Source of the DNA: a virus
Taxonomy: Duplodnaviria > Caudoviricetes
Direction: 5' to 3' (one strand)
DNA length: 40,654 nucleotides
IMG/VR virus record: IMGVR_UViG_3300036784_000011
Span: 1 to 40,654 of that record
The notes beneath the pieces were generated by a model. That model ran no database searches and was not told the DNA's origin. It saw only the letters and a program-made list of their open reading frames with translations. This document shows positions 8,617 to 18,200 of the stretch, in pieces; positions within the stretch are counted from its first letter, which is position 1; every line of letters starts with the position of its first letter. Both the position numbers and the translations under genes were made by a program.

Positions 8617-9033
8617 ATGCCAAAGCTCACCGGGCTAAGCGGAACTATCCAGGTTGCAGACGCTTCGAGCGCCCTGCAGAACATCGGTACCGACATCACG
8701 AACTTCACCTTCACGACCCCGCGTGGCCTTGAGGACGTCACCGGCATGAACAAGTTCGCCCATGAGCAGCTCCTGCTTCTCACGGACTTCACGGTCACGC
8801 TGAACGGCATCTTCGACACCGGCGCCAACCTGAGCCACTCCGTGTTCTCGACCGTCACCGGCACGAGCGTCACGCGCTCGGTCTCGATCGCGCCGACCTC
8901 GGTCACCACGACTCCGATCATCACCGTCAACTGCCTCATCACCGACTACCAGATCACTCGTGCGAACACCGGCGAGCTGACCTGGCAGGTTCCGGGGCAG
9001 CTGGCTGACGGCAACGTTCCTACTTGGGCATAG
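8617..9033 (+). CDS. Tail tube protein
   Basis: 138 aa, Thr-rich beta protein (DVTG...LLLTDFTVTLNGIFD; YQITRANTGELTW); strongly GC3-biased codons; precedes chaperone and tape measure. Confidence 0.65.
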   Translation: MPKLTGLSGTIQVADASSALQNIGTDITNFTFTTPRGLEDVTGMNKFAHEQLLLLTDFTVTLNGIFDTGANLSHSVFSTVTGTSVTRSVSIAPTSVTTTPIITVNCLITDYQITRANTGELTWQVPGQLADGNVPTWA

Positions 9034-9044
9034 GGAGAAGCAAG

Positions 9045-9485
9045 ATGGGATTCCGTCCGCAACCGACAGTCTACAACATCGGCTTCGAGGGCACGCCGCT
9101 CGACGGCCTCCACGTCAAGATGAGCTGCTGTACTTTGGGCGAGTACAACTACATGCTCCGCGCGGCCTTTATTGGCGGCGAGCCCGACGAGGAGGGCAAC
9201 GTCAAGCTTGAGCCCGAGATGCTGGAAGCCAACGACCGGATCGTTGAGCTGTTCCTGAATCATCTCATTTCCTGGGACCTCGAAGACATGGCCGGGCAAG
9301 CGGTTCCGATGACCCAGGAAGGGCTCGACTCCCAGGAGCGAACCATCATCGGCCAGCTCATCAGTGCGTGGCAGACGGCCATGTCGAGCCTCCCAAATCG
9401 CTCGAAGCAGCCGTCGAGCAATGGCGCGACTTCCCAGGAGCAATCACTCGGGCTGGGGAATATATCGGAAAGCCCTGGGAACTAG
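9045..9485 (+). CDS. Tail assembly chaperone (gpG-like)
   Basis: Start at ATG 9045 after GGAG; LISWDLED motif; between tail tube and tape measure. Confidence 0.75.
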   Translation: MGFRPQPTVYNIGFEGTPLDGLHVKMSCCTLGEYNYMLRAAFIGGEPDEEGNVKLEPEMLEANDRIVELFLNHLISWDLEDMAGQAVPMTQEGLDSQERTIIGQLISAWQTAMSSLPNRSKQPSSNGATSQEQSLGLGNISESPGN

Positions 9486-9637
9486 AACAAGCCGAAGTAA
9501 TCATCGGCCTCTGCGAAAGATTCCACTGCCTACCGAGTCAGTTGGCGGAAGAGGGAGCTGACATCATCCGCCTGTGCAAGATAGTGGCGTTGGCGCGACC
9601 ACCAGAAGATGAAGGAGGTGAGTTCGAGGATGGCTAA
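9392..9637 (+). CDS. Tail assembly chaperone -1 frameshift extension (gpT-like)
   Basis: Slippery heptamer C CCA AAT (9392-9398) in the chaperone frame; -1 frame open to 9637 (GLCERFHCLPSQLAEE). Confidence 0.7.
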   Translation, partial: PKSLEAAVEQWRDFPGAITRAGEYIGKPWELEQAEVIIGLCERFHCLPSQLAEEGADIIRLCKIVALARPPEDEGGEFEDG

Positions 9638-12600
9638 TGAGGTCGATATCACGATCACCGCGAGAGACTTGTCAGGCCCGGCTTTTACTAGCGCTTTGGT
9701 AAAGATGGAGATGCTGAAGAGAGCTGCCAGGGATGTCTCTATGGAGTTCGCTCAGATCGGGACCGGCGGATTTGATGTCAACAAGGCTGGCGCATATCTG
9801 ACGCAGCTCAAGAGCAAGATCCAGTCACTAGGTATTGCTGACATTGCGGATGTCAACATCCCGCAGGGCAGGCTCATAACGCAGCTCGCGGTGCTCAAGC
9901 GAATCATTGGCCAGTCCGGCATTTCCGACCTTGTTGACTTCAACATTAACCCGGAGCAATTGACCACTCAGCTTGCTAAGATATCGTCAATGAGCGAGAC
10001 GATTCCGATCAGGTTTGATGTAGGCAAGCTGCCCGCGATCCCGAGTCCGAGGGTAATTGAGCCAACAGCAATTATTCCCCCGGCCATCGGTCGTGGCGGC
10101 AATATTACGGAGAGCTACACCATTACCGGACTAGCCAATGCCGGGAGGCAAATGGATGTTGTCCGGAGCGAGACGATGGCGCTCTCGACTTCTTTCCATT
10201 ACCTGGAGAATGCCAAGGAAAGCCTGGTTGCTGACCTTACCCAGCATCTTATCCCGTCGATGGTGAATAGCGGCAACACCATCAACATTATGGCAAGTAA
10301 GGCGGACAACAGTACCGCAAACATTTACAACCTAGCGGCTGCTTCAGCGACCGCAGCAGCAGCGGCCCGAGGAGGCGCGGCCGGATTTGGTCGTTGGGGC
10401 GGTATTCTTGGCGGAACGATCGGCGCGGTCAGTCTGTGGCACGTCGCGCTCGACCTCGCGATTGAGGGCTTGATTGCGGTAGTCGGCGCTACCGCTGCGG
10501 CAGCAGTAGGACTTGCCGCGATGGCTCCTGCCGCGACTGACATTTATGACCACCTCAATAATTTGCACACTATTGCCGGTGCGCTCAACCAAAACATCCC
10601 TCCGATGACGGGCAATTTCCAGGCGCTAACAGATAGCATGAAGCCGAACGTTGTTGAGGCTTATGGTGGCGGCCTTTACATACTGAATAGGAACACCGGC
10701 GCATTCGGTACCACGGCGCATCTGGTCGGCGGTATGCTGGATAATATGATTGCTAAAATCGACATCTGGGACCGGAGCCAGAACGGTTTGGGCAAGCTAC
10801 TTTCGACTGGCGCAGGTTTCCTTTCCCAGTTCGGACACATAGCCGGTCAGGTCGCCCTTGCGATAGGAAACCTGGTTACCAAGGACCCAGGCATAACGCA
10901 CTTCTTGCTAGACTTCATCGGCGGCGCAGCGAGCCTCCTCAATATAATAACAAAACTTCCTGCCCCAATTGTGACGACCGCACTAGCGCTTCACGGCATG
11001 TATGTTTACGGGAACGTAGCGGCTGGGCTGCTTGGCCGTCTAGTTGGAAGCTTCGGCAATGCCGGAAGTGCTGCACAGAAGTTGGGGGATAGACTTTCAA
11101 AGGGATTCAGCTATGCCGATCTGGTTGGACCGACTGGTGCCCTTATCGCTATTGGTGCCGCTATCGGATATATTGCGATTCAGTCGGAAGAGGCGAACAC
11201 GCCAACGGTTAAGTTCGCCAATGCGCTACAGAAAGCATTTGAGAATGCAGCTCCTTCCGATGCCCTAAAGACAGCGGGAGCGGATATAGCAATATACCAG
11301 AAGAATATCGCACAGGCGTATTCGCCGCAATCCCTCCAACAGATTCTCCAGTACCAGAGTTCGGTCAAGGGTCTTGGCTCAGGGATCAAGGACTACTTTG
11401 TTGGCGTTGGCTCGAATATTAACCATGTGATGAATGACATCGCGTCGGGGCACTACAAGTCTGAGATATCCGATCTCGGGAAAACAATTACCGGGTTCTT
11501 CAGCAACCAGACGAATGAGGCTCCGGCTGCGGCCGCCGCTATCAGAGACTACCGAGCCAAGATTGCAAATATTGTTGGTGACTCGGCCAACCTCCGGGCG
11601 GTACAGCTTGGATTGGTGTCAAGCGGTAATAGCTGGACTGGTGCGCTCGACATCATGGCGCAAGCAGGGGTAAAGGCTGGCGATAGCGAAGTCCTTATGC
11701 TTCAAAAGGTTAACAACCTTATTATTGGATATCAAAACCTTGGGATCGGTGCTGGCCAGGCTGCCGCTATGTTCAATGCTGTGAACTTCTCGACTGGGCA
11801 GTCGGATAATGCTCTTGGGGTGTATTACAAGAGCATGCAGGTAGCTACCCAGGCTGAATCGCAGCTATTTGGGGTGTTGACTGGCGGCGAGAGTAACATG
11901 TATAGCTTCCTCAGCGCCCTACAGTCTATGGGCACCGATGCGCAGGTTGCTGGCGCCCACTTGGGTAGTTTCAACACCCAGTCGGTCAAGCTAGGTTCCG
12001 ACTTGTACGGATCGGTGCTGCCGGCTGCCGAGAGCTTCATAAATTCGATCCAGGATCAGGGCGCGAATATGAAGCTGCTCATCCCGATTGTTGCTACCAC
12101 GGCTTCAAATACGCTCGCTCTAACCGGGCAGAATAAGGACGCGAAGCTAGCCATGGTAGACCTTATCAATGGCGCACTCGGGCCGGGCACAGTGTCCTTG
12201 AAGACGCTGAATAAATGGGTTGGTGATAACTCGACTTCCCAGCAGAACTTTGCTAAGGATGTCTATACGTCGATGCAGAATTCATCGAACCTGGCTGGCG
12301 TTCTGAACAAGAACTTGATCCCGATGATGAACCAGGCATGGCAGCAAGCAACTAACCTCGCGCCCGCGATGAAGGCATGGTTCACGGATGTGATCAACGG
12401 TACCTCGGGGACGGCGGCCGGACAGCGAGACCGGGCGAACCTAGTCAGAGACATAATCAACGCCGGTACGGCTGCGCATGACACCCAGGGCCAGATCGAG
12501 AATATGATTGCGCAGATCTTGAATATCCCGCTCAAAAAGGCCATTCAGATTTACATGCAGGCTAGCGGCTCCGGCAGCCTTTCCTTCAGCGAGAAAATTT

Positions 12601-13511
12601 TTGGTCACGCTCCTGTGAGTGGCGGCCTGGCGTTCGCGGCTGCTGGCGGTAAGCTTCCCGGATTCGGTGGTGGTGATATTCAGCCAGCTATGTTGGAGCC
12701 TGGCGAGACGATCATCGACAAGGACAAGACTAGGCAATATGCCTGGCTGTTCAAGAAGATGGGCGTCAGGGGATTTGCTGGCGGCGGCCTTGTGGATAGG
12801 ATGTCTACTGGTCCATCGAACTACATGGGCGGCATCGAGGCCGGGTTCGGACGAGCAGGTGAAAATCTTTTCGCTGCTGCAGCCCTGGCTGACTTGAAGT
12901 CGAATGTTCACAATGAAGCTCAACGGATAGCAGCGCAGATGGCAGCTACCGCTGCTGCCGGGCTAAACAACCTGCCGTTGGGTACCGGCCCGCACTCGGG
13001 CTCGGCGGCGATAGCGCAGGCATTCGCGAGGTCGATCCTGTTCGCGTACGGCTGGACTCAGGCTCAGTGGCCGTATGAACAAGCTCTGTGGAATCAGGAA
13101 TCCGGGTGGAATGCCTATGCGGCTAACCCGACCTCGAACGCTCGCGGCATTCCGCAGAACATTAACGGCTGGTCGGCGTACGCGCCCGGCGATTACCAGG
13201 CGCAGATCCGATGGGGCGATGCCTACATCTTCGCGCGATACGGTACCCCTGCGAATGCCTGGGCACACGAGAAGGCATACAACTGGTATGACAATGGCGG
13301 TTGGCTCAAGCCCGGTATGAACCATATGTATAACGGTACCGGGAAAATGGAGCACTTGAGCAATGACACGGGCGGGAGTGGCAGCACGCTCCAGGTTGCG
13401 CCGGGCGGCGCGAGCGCGTTTGAGCAGTTCATGGTGATGGCTATTCGTGAGTGGGTTGTTCGTAAGGGTGGCGGAAGCGTACAGAAGGCATTTGGGATAC
13501 CGGGCAAATAA
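9630..13511 (+). CDS. Tape measure protein with C-terminal lytic transglycosylase domain
   Basis: About 1290 aa, Ala/Gly-rich; start MANEVDITITARD after GGAGGT; LWNQESGWN...ARGIPQ...QIRWGDAYIFARYG SLT-like motif. Confidence 0.9.
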   Translation: MANEVDITITARDLSGPAFTSALVKMEMLKRAARDVSMEFAQIGTGGFDVNKAGAYLTQLKSKIQSLGIADIADVNIPQGRLITQLAVLKRIIGQSGISDLVDFNINPEQLTTQLAKISSMSETIPIRFDVGKLPAIPSPRVIEPTAIIPPAIGRGGNITESYTITGLANAGRQMDVVRSETMALSTSFHYLENAKESLVADLTQHLIPSMVNSGNTINIMASKADNSTANIYNLAAASATAAAAARGGAAGFGRWGGILGGTIGAVSLWHVALDLAIEGLIAVVGATAAAAVGLAAMAPAATDIYDHLNNLHTIAGALNQNIPPMTGNFQALTDSMKPNVVEAYGGGLYILNRNTGAFGTTAHLVGGMLDNMIAKIDIWDRSQNGLGKLLSTGAGFLSQFGHIAGQVALAIGNLVTKDPGITHFLLDFIGGAASLLNIITKLPAPIVTTALALHGMYVYGNVAAGLLGRLVGSFGNAGSAAQKLGDRLSKGFSYADLVGPTGALIAIGAAIGYIAIQSEEANTPTVKFANALQKAFENAAPSDALKTAGADIAIYQKNIAQAYSPQSLQQILQYQSSVKGLGSGIKDYFVGVGSNINHVMNDIASGHYKSEISDLGKTITGFFSNQTNEAPAAAAAIRDYRAKIANIVGDSANLRAVQLGLVSSGNSWTGALDIMAQAGVKAGDSEVLMLQKVNNLIIGYQNLGIGAGQAAAMFNAVNFSTGQSDNALGVYYKSMQVATQAESQLFGVLTGGESNMYSFLSALQSMGTDAQVAGAHLGSFNTQSVKLGSDLYGSVLPAAESFINSIQDQGANMKLLIPIVATTASNTLALTGQNKDAKLAMVDLINGALGPGTVSLKTLNKWVGDNSTSQQNFAKDVYTSMQNSSNLAGVLNKNLIPMMNQAWQQATNLAPAMKAWFTDVINGTSGTAAGQRDRANLVRDIINAGTAAHDTQGQIENMIAQILNIPLKKAIQIYMQASGSGSLSFSEKIFGHAPVSGGLAFAAAGGKLPGFGGGDIQPAMLEPGETIIDKDKTRQYAWLFKKMGVRGFAGGGLVDRMSTGPSNYMGGIEAGFGRAGENLFAAAALADLKSNVHNEAQRIAAQMAATAAAGLNNLPLGTGPHSGSAAIAQAFARSILFAYGWTQAQWPYEQALWNQESGWNAYAANPTSNARGIPQNINGWSAYAPGDYQAQIRWGDAYIFARYGTPANAWAHEKAYNWYDNGGWLKPGMNHMYNGTGKMEHLSNDTGGSGSTLQVAPGGASAFEQFMVMAIREWVVRKGGGSVQKAFGIPGK

Positions 13512-14380
13512 TGGCTAACTATTCGCTAGACCAGGCTCAGCGGGATATCGCCAATACAAGGTACCTGATCCAAGCTCTTGCTAATTCTGGCCAATTTACT
13601 AACGTTTCGATTGCTAACAAGGTTACCTTTCCGGACGGATCGACTTGGACAGTTTCCGGTCCATCGCTTGTCGCCCCTCTCCCGCTAGCTCAGGGCGGGA
13701 CCGGCGTAGCTGCTGCCAGTAACGCCGCTCTGCTAACTGCTATCGGTGCTCAGCCAGCCGGGTCGTATGCGCCGATCGCGAGCCCGACCTTTACCGGCAC
13801 GATAACGATGCCGGACGGTTCAACCTGGAATGCTACCGAGCTTAACCTGGCGAAATTGCTAGCAGCCGCGAACGTGTCAACACCGTCCGCGCCGGGTAGC
13901 GGCATCGTGATGTATTCAAATAACGACCAGTTGAAGTTTGTCAGTGCTGATGGCAATACATACCGTAATGGAAAGATTACAGTTTTCCAGACTAGCAATC
14001 AGGTGGCCGGATCTTCCGCCACCAGTATCCCTGGTTGTTCCGTTACTGTTGAAGCGAGAGCGTATAAATTCAGAGCTGAAGTTGTATGTTTTTCCGGAAC
14101 TGGGACCGCTGGCGGGCAACTTAACTATGGGTGGACCGGACCATCTTTCAGCACCGGATGGATGGTCAGTCTTTTCAGTTCCGGAGGTTATGGCCGTCAG
14201 ACCGGAGCCATCTTTGGATCTGGGGTAGCCGCTATCGCGGCCTCGACAACATATAGCGGCTATGTGAAGGGGTATGCAGTGTTCACGGCATCAGGCACCC
14301 TCACTCTGGCCATCAATACGACTACTACCGTTTCCATTACCGCTCAGCTAGCCGATATGGAAGTCGAACCACTGTACTAA
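13511..14380 (+). CDS. Minor tail / tail fibre-like protein
   Basis: PLAQGGTG and YAPIASPTFTG fibre motifs; PDGSTW repeated twice; beta-rich C-terminus. Confidence 0.6.
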   Translation: MANYSLDQAQRDIANTRYLIQALANSGQFTNVSIANKVTFPDGSTWTVSGPSLVAPLPLAQGGTGVAAASNAALLTAIGAQPAGSYAPIASPTFTGTITMPDGSTWNATELNLAKLLAAANVSTPSAPGSGIVMYSNNDQLKFVSADGNTYRNGKITVFQTSNQVAGSSATSIPGCSVTVEARAYKFRAEVVCFSGTGTAGGQLNYGWTGPSFSTGWMVSLFSSGGYGRQTGAIFGSGVAAIAASTTYSGYVKGYAVFTASGTLTLAINTTTTVSITAQLADMEVEPLY

Positions 14381-14389
14381 GGAGATGAC

Positions 14390-14713
14390 ATGGCAGTAGG
14401 TAATCAGCTAACCAAGGCGACAATCGACAATCAGCTCTCGACGTACGCGGCGCAGCTCCGTGATCTGTGTCAGCAAATACTAAACCTTTCGCTCACAGTC
14501 AACGGCCAGAACGCCGGGCTAGCCTTCCTTGAAAACGCGGGGTACAGCAACACAGCCAACCCAAACAACCCTGGCAGCGCTTCAGATGCCGCGTACGCGC
14601 TACAGCAGCTGAGCTATCTAAACACCGTTCCGGAAGTGTACATCGGGGCCGCAGCTCAGACGCCGGCATTCAACTTCAACCAGCAGCTCTCGCCACTATG
14701 GGGAGGTCAGTAA
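14390..14713 (+). CDS. Hypothetical protein (possible fibre-associated)
   Basis: AAGGAG SD; 107 aa. Confidence 0.65.
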   Translation: MAVGNQLTKATIDNQLSTYAAQLRDLCQQILNLSLTVNGQNAGLAFLENAGYSNTANPNNPGSASDAAYALQQLSYLNTVPEVYIGAAAQTPAFNFNQQLSPLWGGQ

Positions 14714-14838
14714 TGTCCGAACAGCCAGAAGATATTGTATGTCACGGCGGTATAGGATTGCCGGGGCTGTCGGTAGCTTCGCCAACGACGGAACGGGAAG
14801 AGGTCGAGCCTGATGGCTCTGACAGCACTGGGGTATGA
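14713..14838 (+). CDS. Small protein (41 aa)
   Basis: TAATG coupling and GGAGG upstream; MSEQPEDIVCHGGIGLPGLSVASPTTEREEVEPDGSDSTGV; fills the intergenic gap. Confidence 0.45.
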   Translation: MSEQPEDIVCHGGIGLPGLSVASPTTEREEVEPDGSDSTGV

Positions 14839-15229
14839 CGCCGGGGCCGAAGGTGCCCTGAACGGATTTGGAGCGCTACTCAATAGCGGCTTCATGAGGA
14901 TCTACACCGGCACGCAACCGGCCGTCAACGTAGCCGTTACCGGCACGCTGTTGGTCACGATGACGTTCGGGGCGACCGCGTTTGCAGCAGCCACGGCGTC
15001 AGCCGGTACCGCCTCGATGGCCGCTAACGCCATCACGTCCGGCACGGCCGGGAACACGGGTACGGCCGGTTACTTCGCGCTCGTCAAGTCTGATGGCACG
15101 ACGGTCGTCGCTACCGGCTCGGTTGGTACATCCGGCGCTGACCTCAACATGAGTTCCCTCTCGATTTCCAGCAGCGCGAACGTCTCCTGCTCTTCATTCA
15201 TCATCACCATGACGGAGACCTGGACGTAA
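14813..15229 (+). CDS. Virion structural protein
   Basis: RIYTGTQPA...GTLL...GTAGYFAL...GSVGTSGADLN pattern common in phage virion proteins. Confidence 0.65.
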   Translation: MALTALGYDAGAEGALNGFGALLNSGFMRIYTGTQPAVNVAVTGTLLVTMTFGATAFAAATASAGTASMAANAITSGTAGNTGTAGYFALVKSDGTTVVATGSVGTSGADLNMSSLSISSSANVSCSSFIITMTETWT

Positions 15230-15230
15230 C

Positions 15231-18200
15231 ATGGCGCTACCACTAGCGAATAACTTTGAGGGCGGTACGAATGGCAATGCCATAACGACTGCCAACTCGG
15301 GTGGCTCTAGCGGCAACGCATTCGATTCAGTCGTGGTGGGATCAGGAACAACCGCCAACTTTACTAGCTTCGTATCTGCGCACGGTTCCTTGTGCGGGCA
15401 ATTTCAAACTGGATCTTCTTCATCATCGTCGTATGTCAGTTGGCACTCTTCAATTGGCGGCGGTCAAGCTACGCTATACGGAAGAATATATGTATACATT
15501 ACCGGCTCGGTAGTCTCTGGCGGAACTCGTATTGTTGAGTTCTGGAGCGGCGGTGACAATGGCACGTACCTCGGTGGCATTGCCATGAACGGCAACAGCA
15601 CGCAGATCGCCATTCAGGATTCGACGTATACATTCAAGGTTGTATTCAGCACGAGCATGACAATCAATACTTGGTATCGTATTGAATTTGAATATCAGTT
15701 CCAGGCAGGTTCAGCTATTGTCAAATTGTTTTCGTACGATAGCAGTACCGCTCTTGAGACACATACTCAGTCCGGTAACTACGGCGGGGCGAGCGCGACC
15801 TGCGACACGGTCGATATGGGATGGGCATTCGCTGCATCAAATCAGCCGTATCTGTATATTGATGACCTCAACGTAAACAGTACCGGGTTCCCTGGACCGG
15901 CTATTGCTTCTGGCCCTACCTCCAGTGGTGGGTTCGCCATTGCTCCTCCGTCATTCGCCGGAATTGGATCCAATGCCGAGGTTGTGAGCGGCGGCTTCGC
16001 GATAGCGCCGCCTGCTTTTTCTGGAACCGGCGGCCCGATCGTTCCGGTAACCAGTACCGGAGGGTTGGCTATTGCTCCACCAGCATTCGCGGCAGCCTCA
16101 CAGGAGAACTTCCCATTTCCCAAGTTCATTCTTGGCGTCAAGATCGAAATTTTGATCAACGGAGCTTGGACGGATATCTCGGCCTATGCCTACTATCGGC
16201 AGGACATAATTATACAGCGAGGTAGGCCGAACTGGTCAACTGGAATTCAGGCTAGTTCGGCAAACCTCATCCTGAACAATAGGGATGGAAGATTCTCCCC
16301 GGTCAATACCAATGGACCATACTACCCGTATCTCCAGAGGAATGTGCAGATACGGATTAGTATCATAACAATGTCGATGACGTTGGTGCCATACAGCGGC
16401 TATCGTTTCAACGGCGAGGTTACCGTATGGCCTCCAGTTTCCGACCCGACCGGGAATGATGTTACCTGTACGATCACCGCGTATGGAATCCTTAACAGAT
16501 ACCTACAAGGAGCTAAGCTAGGCTCCCCAATCAACAGGTACTATCGGAAGACTATCAACGTCAATCCTAACTTTGTTCCGCTAGCTTGGTGGCCTTGTGA
16601 TGACGCGACCAGCTCCGGGTCGATGGCCTCCGGTCTTACCGGCGGGCAGGGGATGACGTTCACCGGAACGCCTAGCTTCATGTCTGACGGGAGCTTCCTC
16701 GGTTCCGATCCAATCCCGATCGTGACTGGCTCAACCTGGCACGGACAGACTGGCGCTTCAGCTAACCCGCCTGGCACCGGAAGTATAACGCAGATCACGG
16801 CCGGAACTTACACCATTACCGCTCCACCAGGAGTATCGGCATTCACCGTGACGGGCCAGGGGGCCGGGGGAGGCGGCGGGGACACTGACGGTATCAAGGG
16901 CGGCTCGGGCGGTGGCGGTGCTGAGCTTGCTAGCGCCTCGATCGGTGTCACCCCGAACAAGTCGTACACTTATGTTGTCCCTCCGGGCGGTGTAGCCGGT
17001 AACGGCGGTAACGGAGTTGATGGCGGTAACTTTACATTTGTCGGTGATACACAGACTCTGACAGCTCATGGCGGTAAGGGTGGAGGTTATGCTGGAGCCA
17101 CGGCCGGGCTCGGCGGAACAGGGTCATCCGCCTCGACACACTTCAACGGAGGCAACGGAGCCGTAGGAGGAAGTTCTGCGACAGTAAATCAGAGTTCCTC
17201 GATCCAGGGGAAGACTGGAGCGACTGGCGGTGGTCACAACCTAGCCGGAACAGCTACATCAACTTCGTGGGTTGCTCCGGTCGGGGTTAGCGCGACCGTT
17301 ACGGTGCAGGCCTGGTCAGCTGGAGGTGGAGGGGGTAGCCCCGGTACGGCTAATGGGGCTGGGGCTGGCGGCGGCGGAGCATACGCTACTGGTACGATCA
17401 GCGTTACTACCGGAAGCAAATATGCTCCATTCGCCGGTAATGGCGGGAACGGTGCCAGCTCAAACAACCGTGGCGACAATGGCGGCAACTCGGGTATGCT
17501 AGGAGACTCGGGTTCATCTGTCGTTGCCAGCGGAGGAGTTGGAGGAGGTACCGCGTCGGCCGGTACTGGTGGCGGGGTTAGTGCCGGCACCGGCAACTCC
17601 GGAGGTAATGGCGGGCTCGGCGCAGCTAACGGCGGTACTTATGGAGGGGGTGGAGGTGGCGGTGGCTCGAATGGCGGGCCGAAAGCAAGCGGCGCAAACG
17701 GCTCTAATGGAAATCAGCGCGGTCCTGGTAATGGTGCTGGTTCAGGTGGTCGTGGAGGCTGGGGAGCTATTCTCCTCAATGGTCTCCCGAATAGCGGGCA
17801 GACGAACGGTCAGACCGGAAACCAGGGAGCTGGGACAGGAGGCGGTGGAGGTGGAGGTGGCGAATACTACCCGGCCGGTAACCGGGGAACAAATGGCGGC
17901 GGCGGTGGCCCTGGTAACACTATATGGAGCTGGACAGTTTCGGGCCAACCGGCAGGGGGCGGCGGGGGTAGCTCGGCCGGCAACTCTTCGGCTGGAAACA
18001 ATGGCACTACTGGCGGATTGGGCGGTACTGCGGTAGCAGGCGGCGGTTCCGGAGGAAACCAGGGGATGCCAGGAGGGAGTAATGTAGACCCAGGCTCCCT
18101 GCCGAACTATCTCACCGGCGACAACAGTACATTCGATGGTAGTCTAGGTACATGGATAAACGTTAGCAACTCCATTATCGTACAGACTACCCTCCAGCAT

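Noticed and set aside
16850-18080. PE_PGRS gene
   Set aside because: The Gly-rich block is internal to a phage tail protein and there is no PE domain
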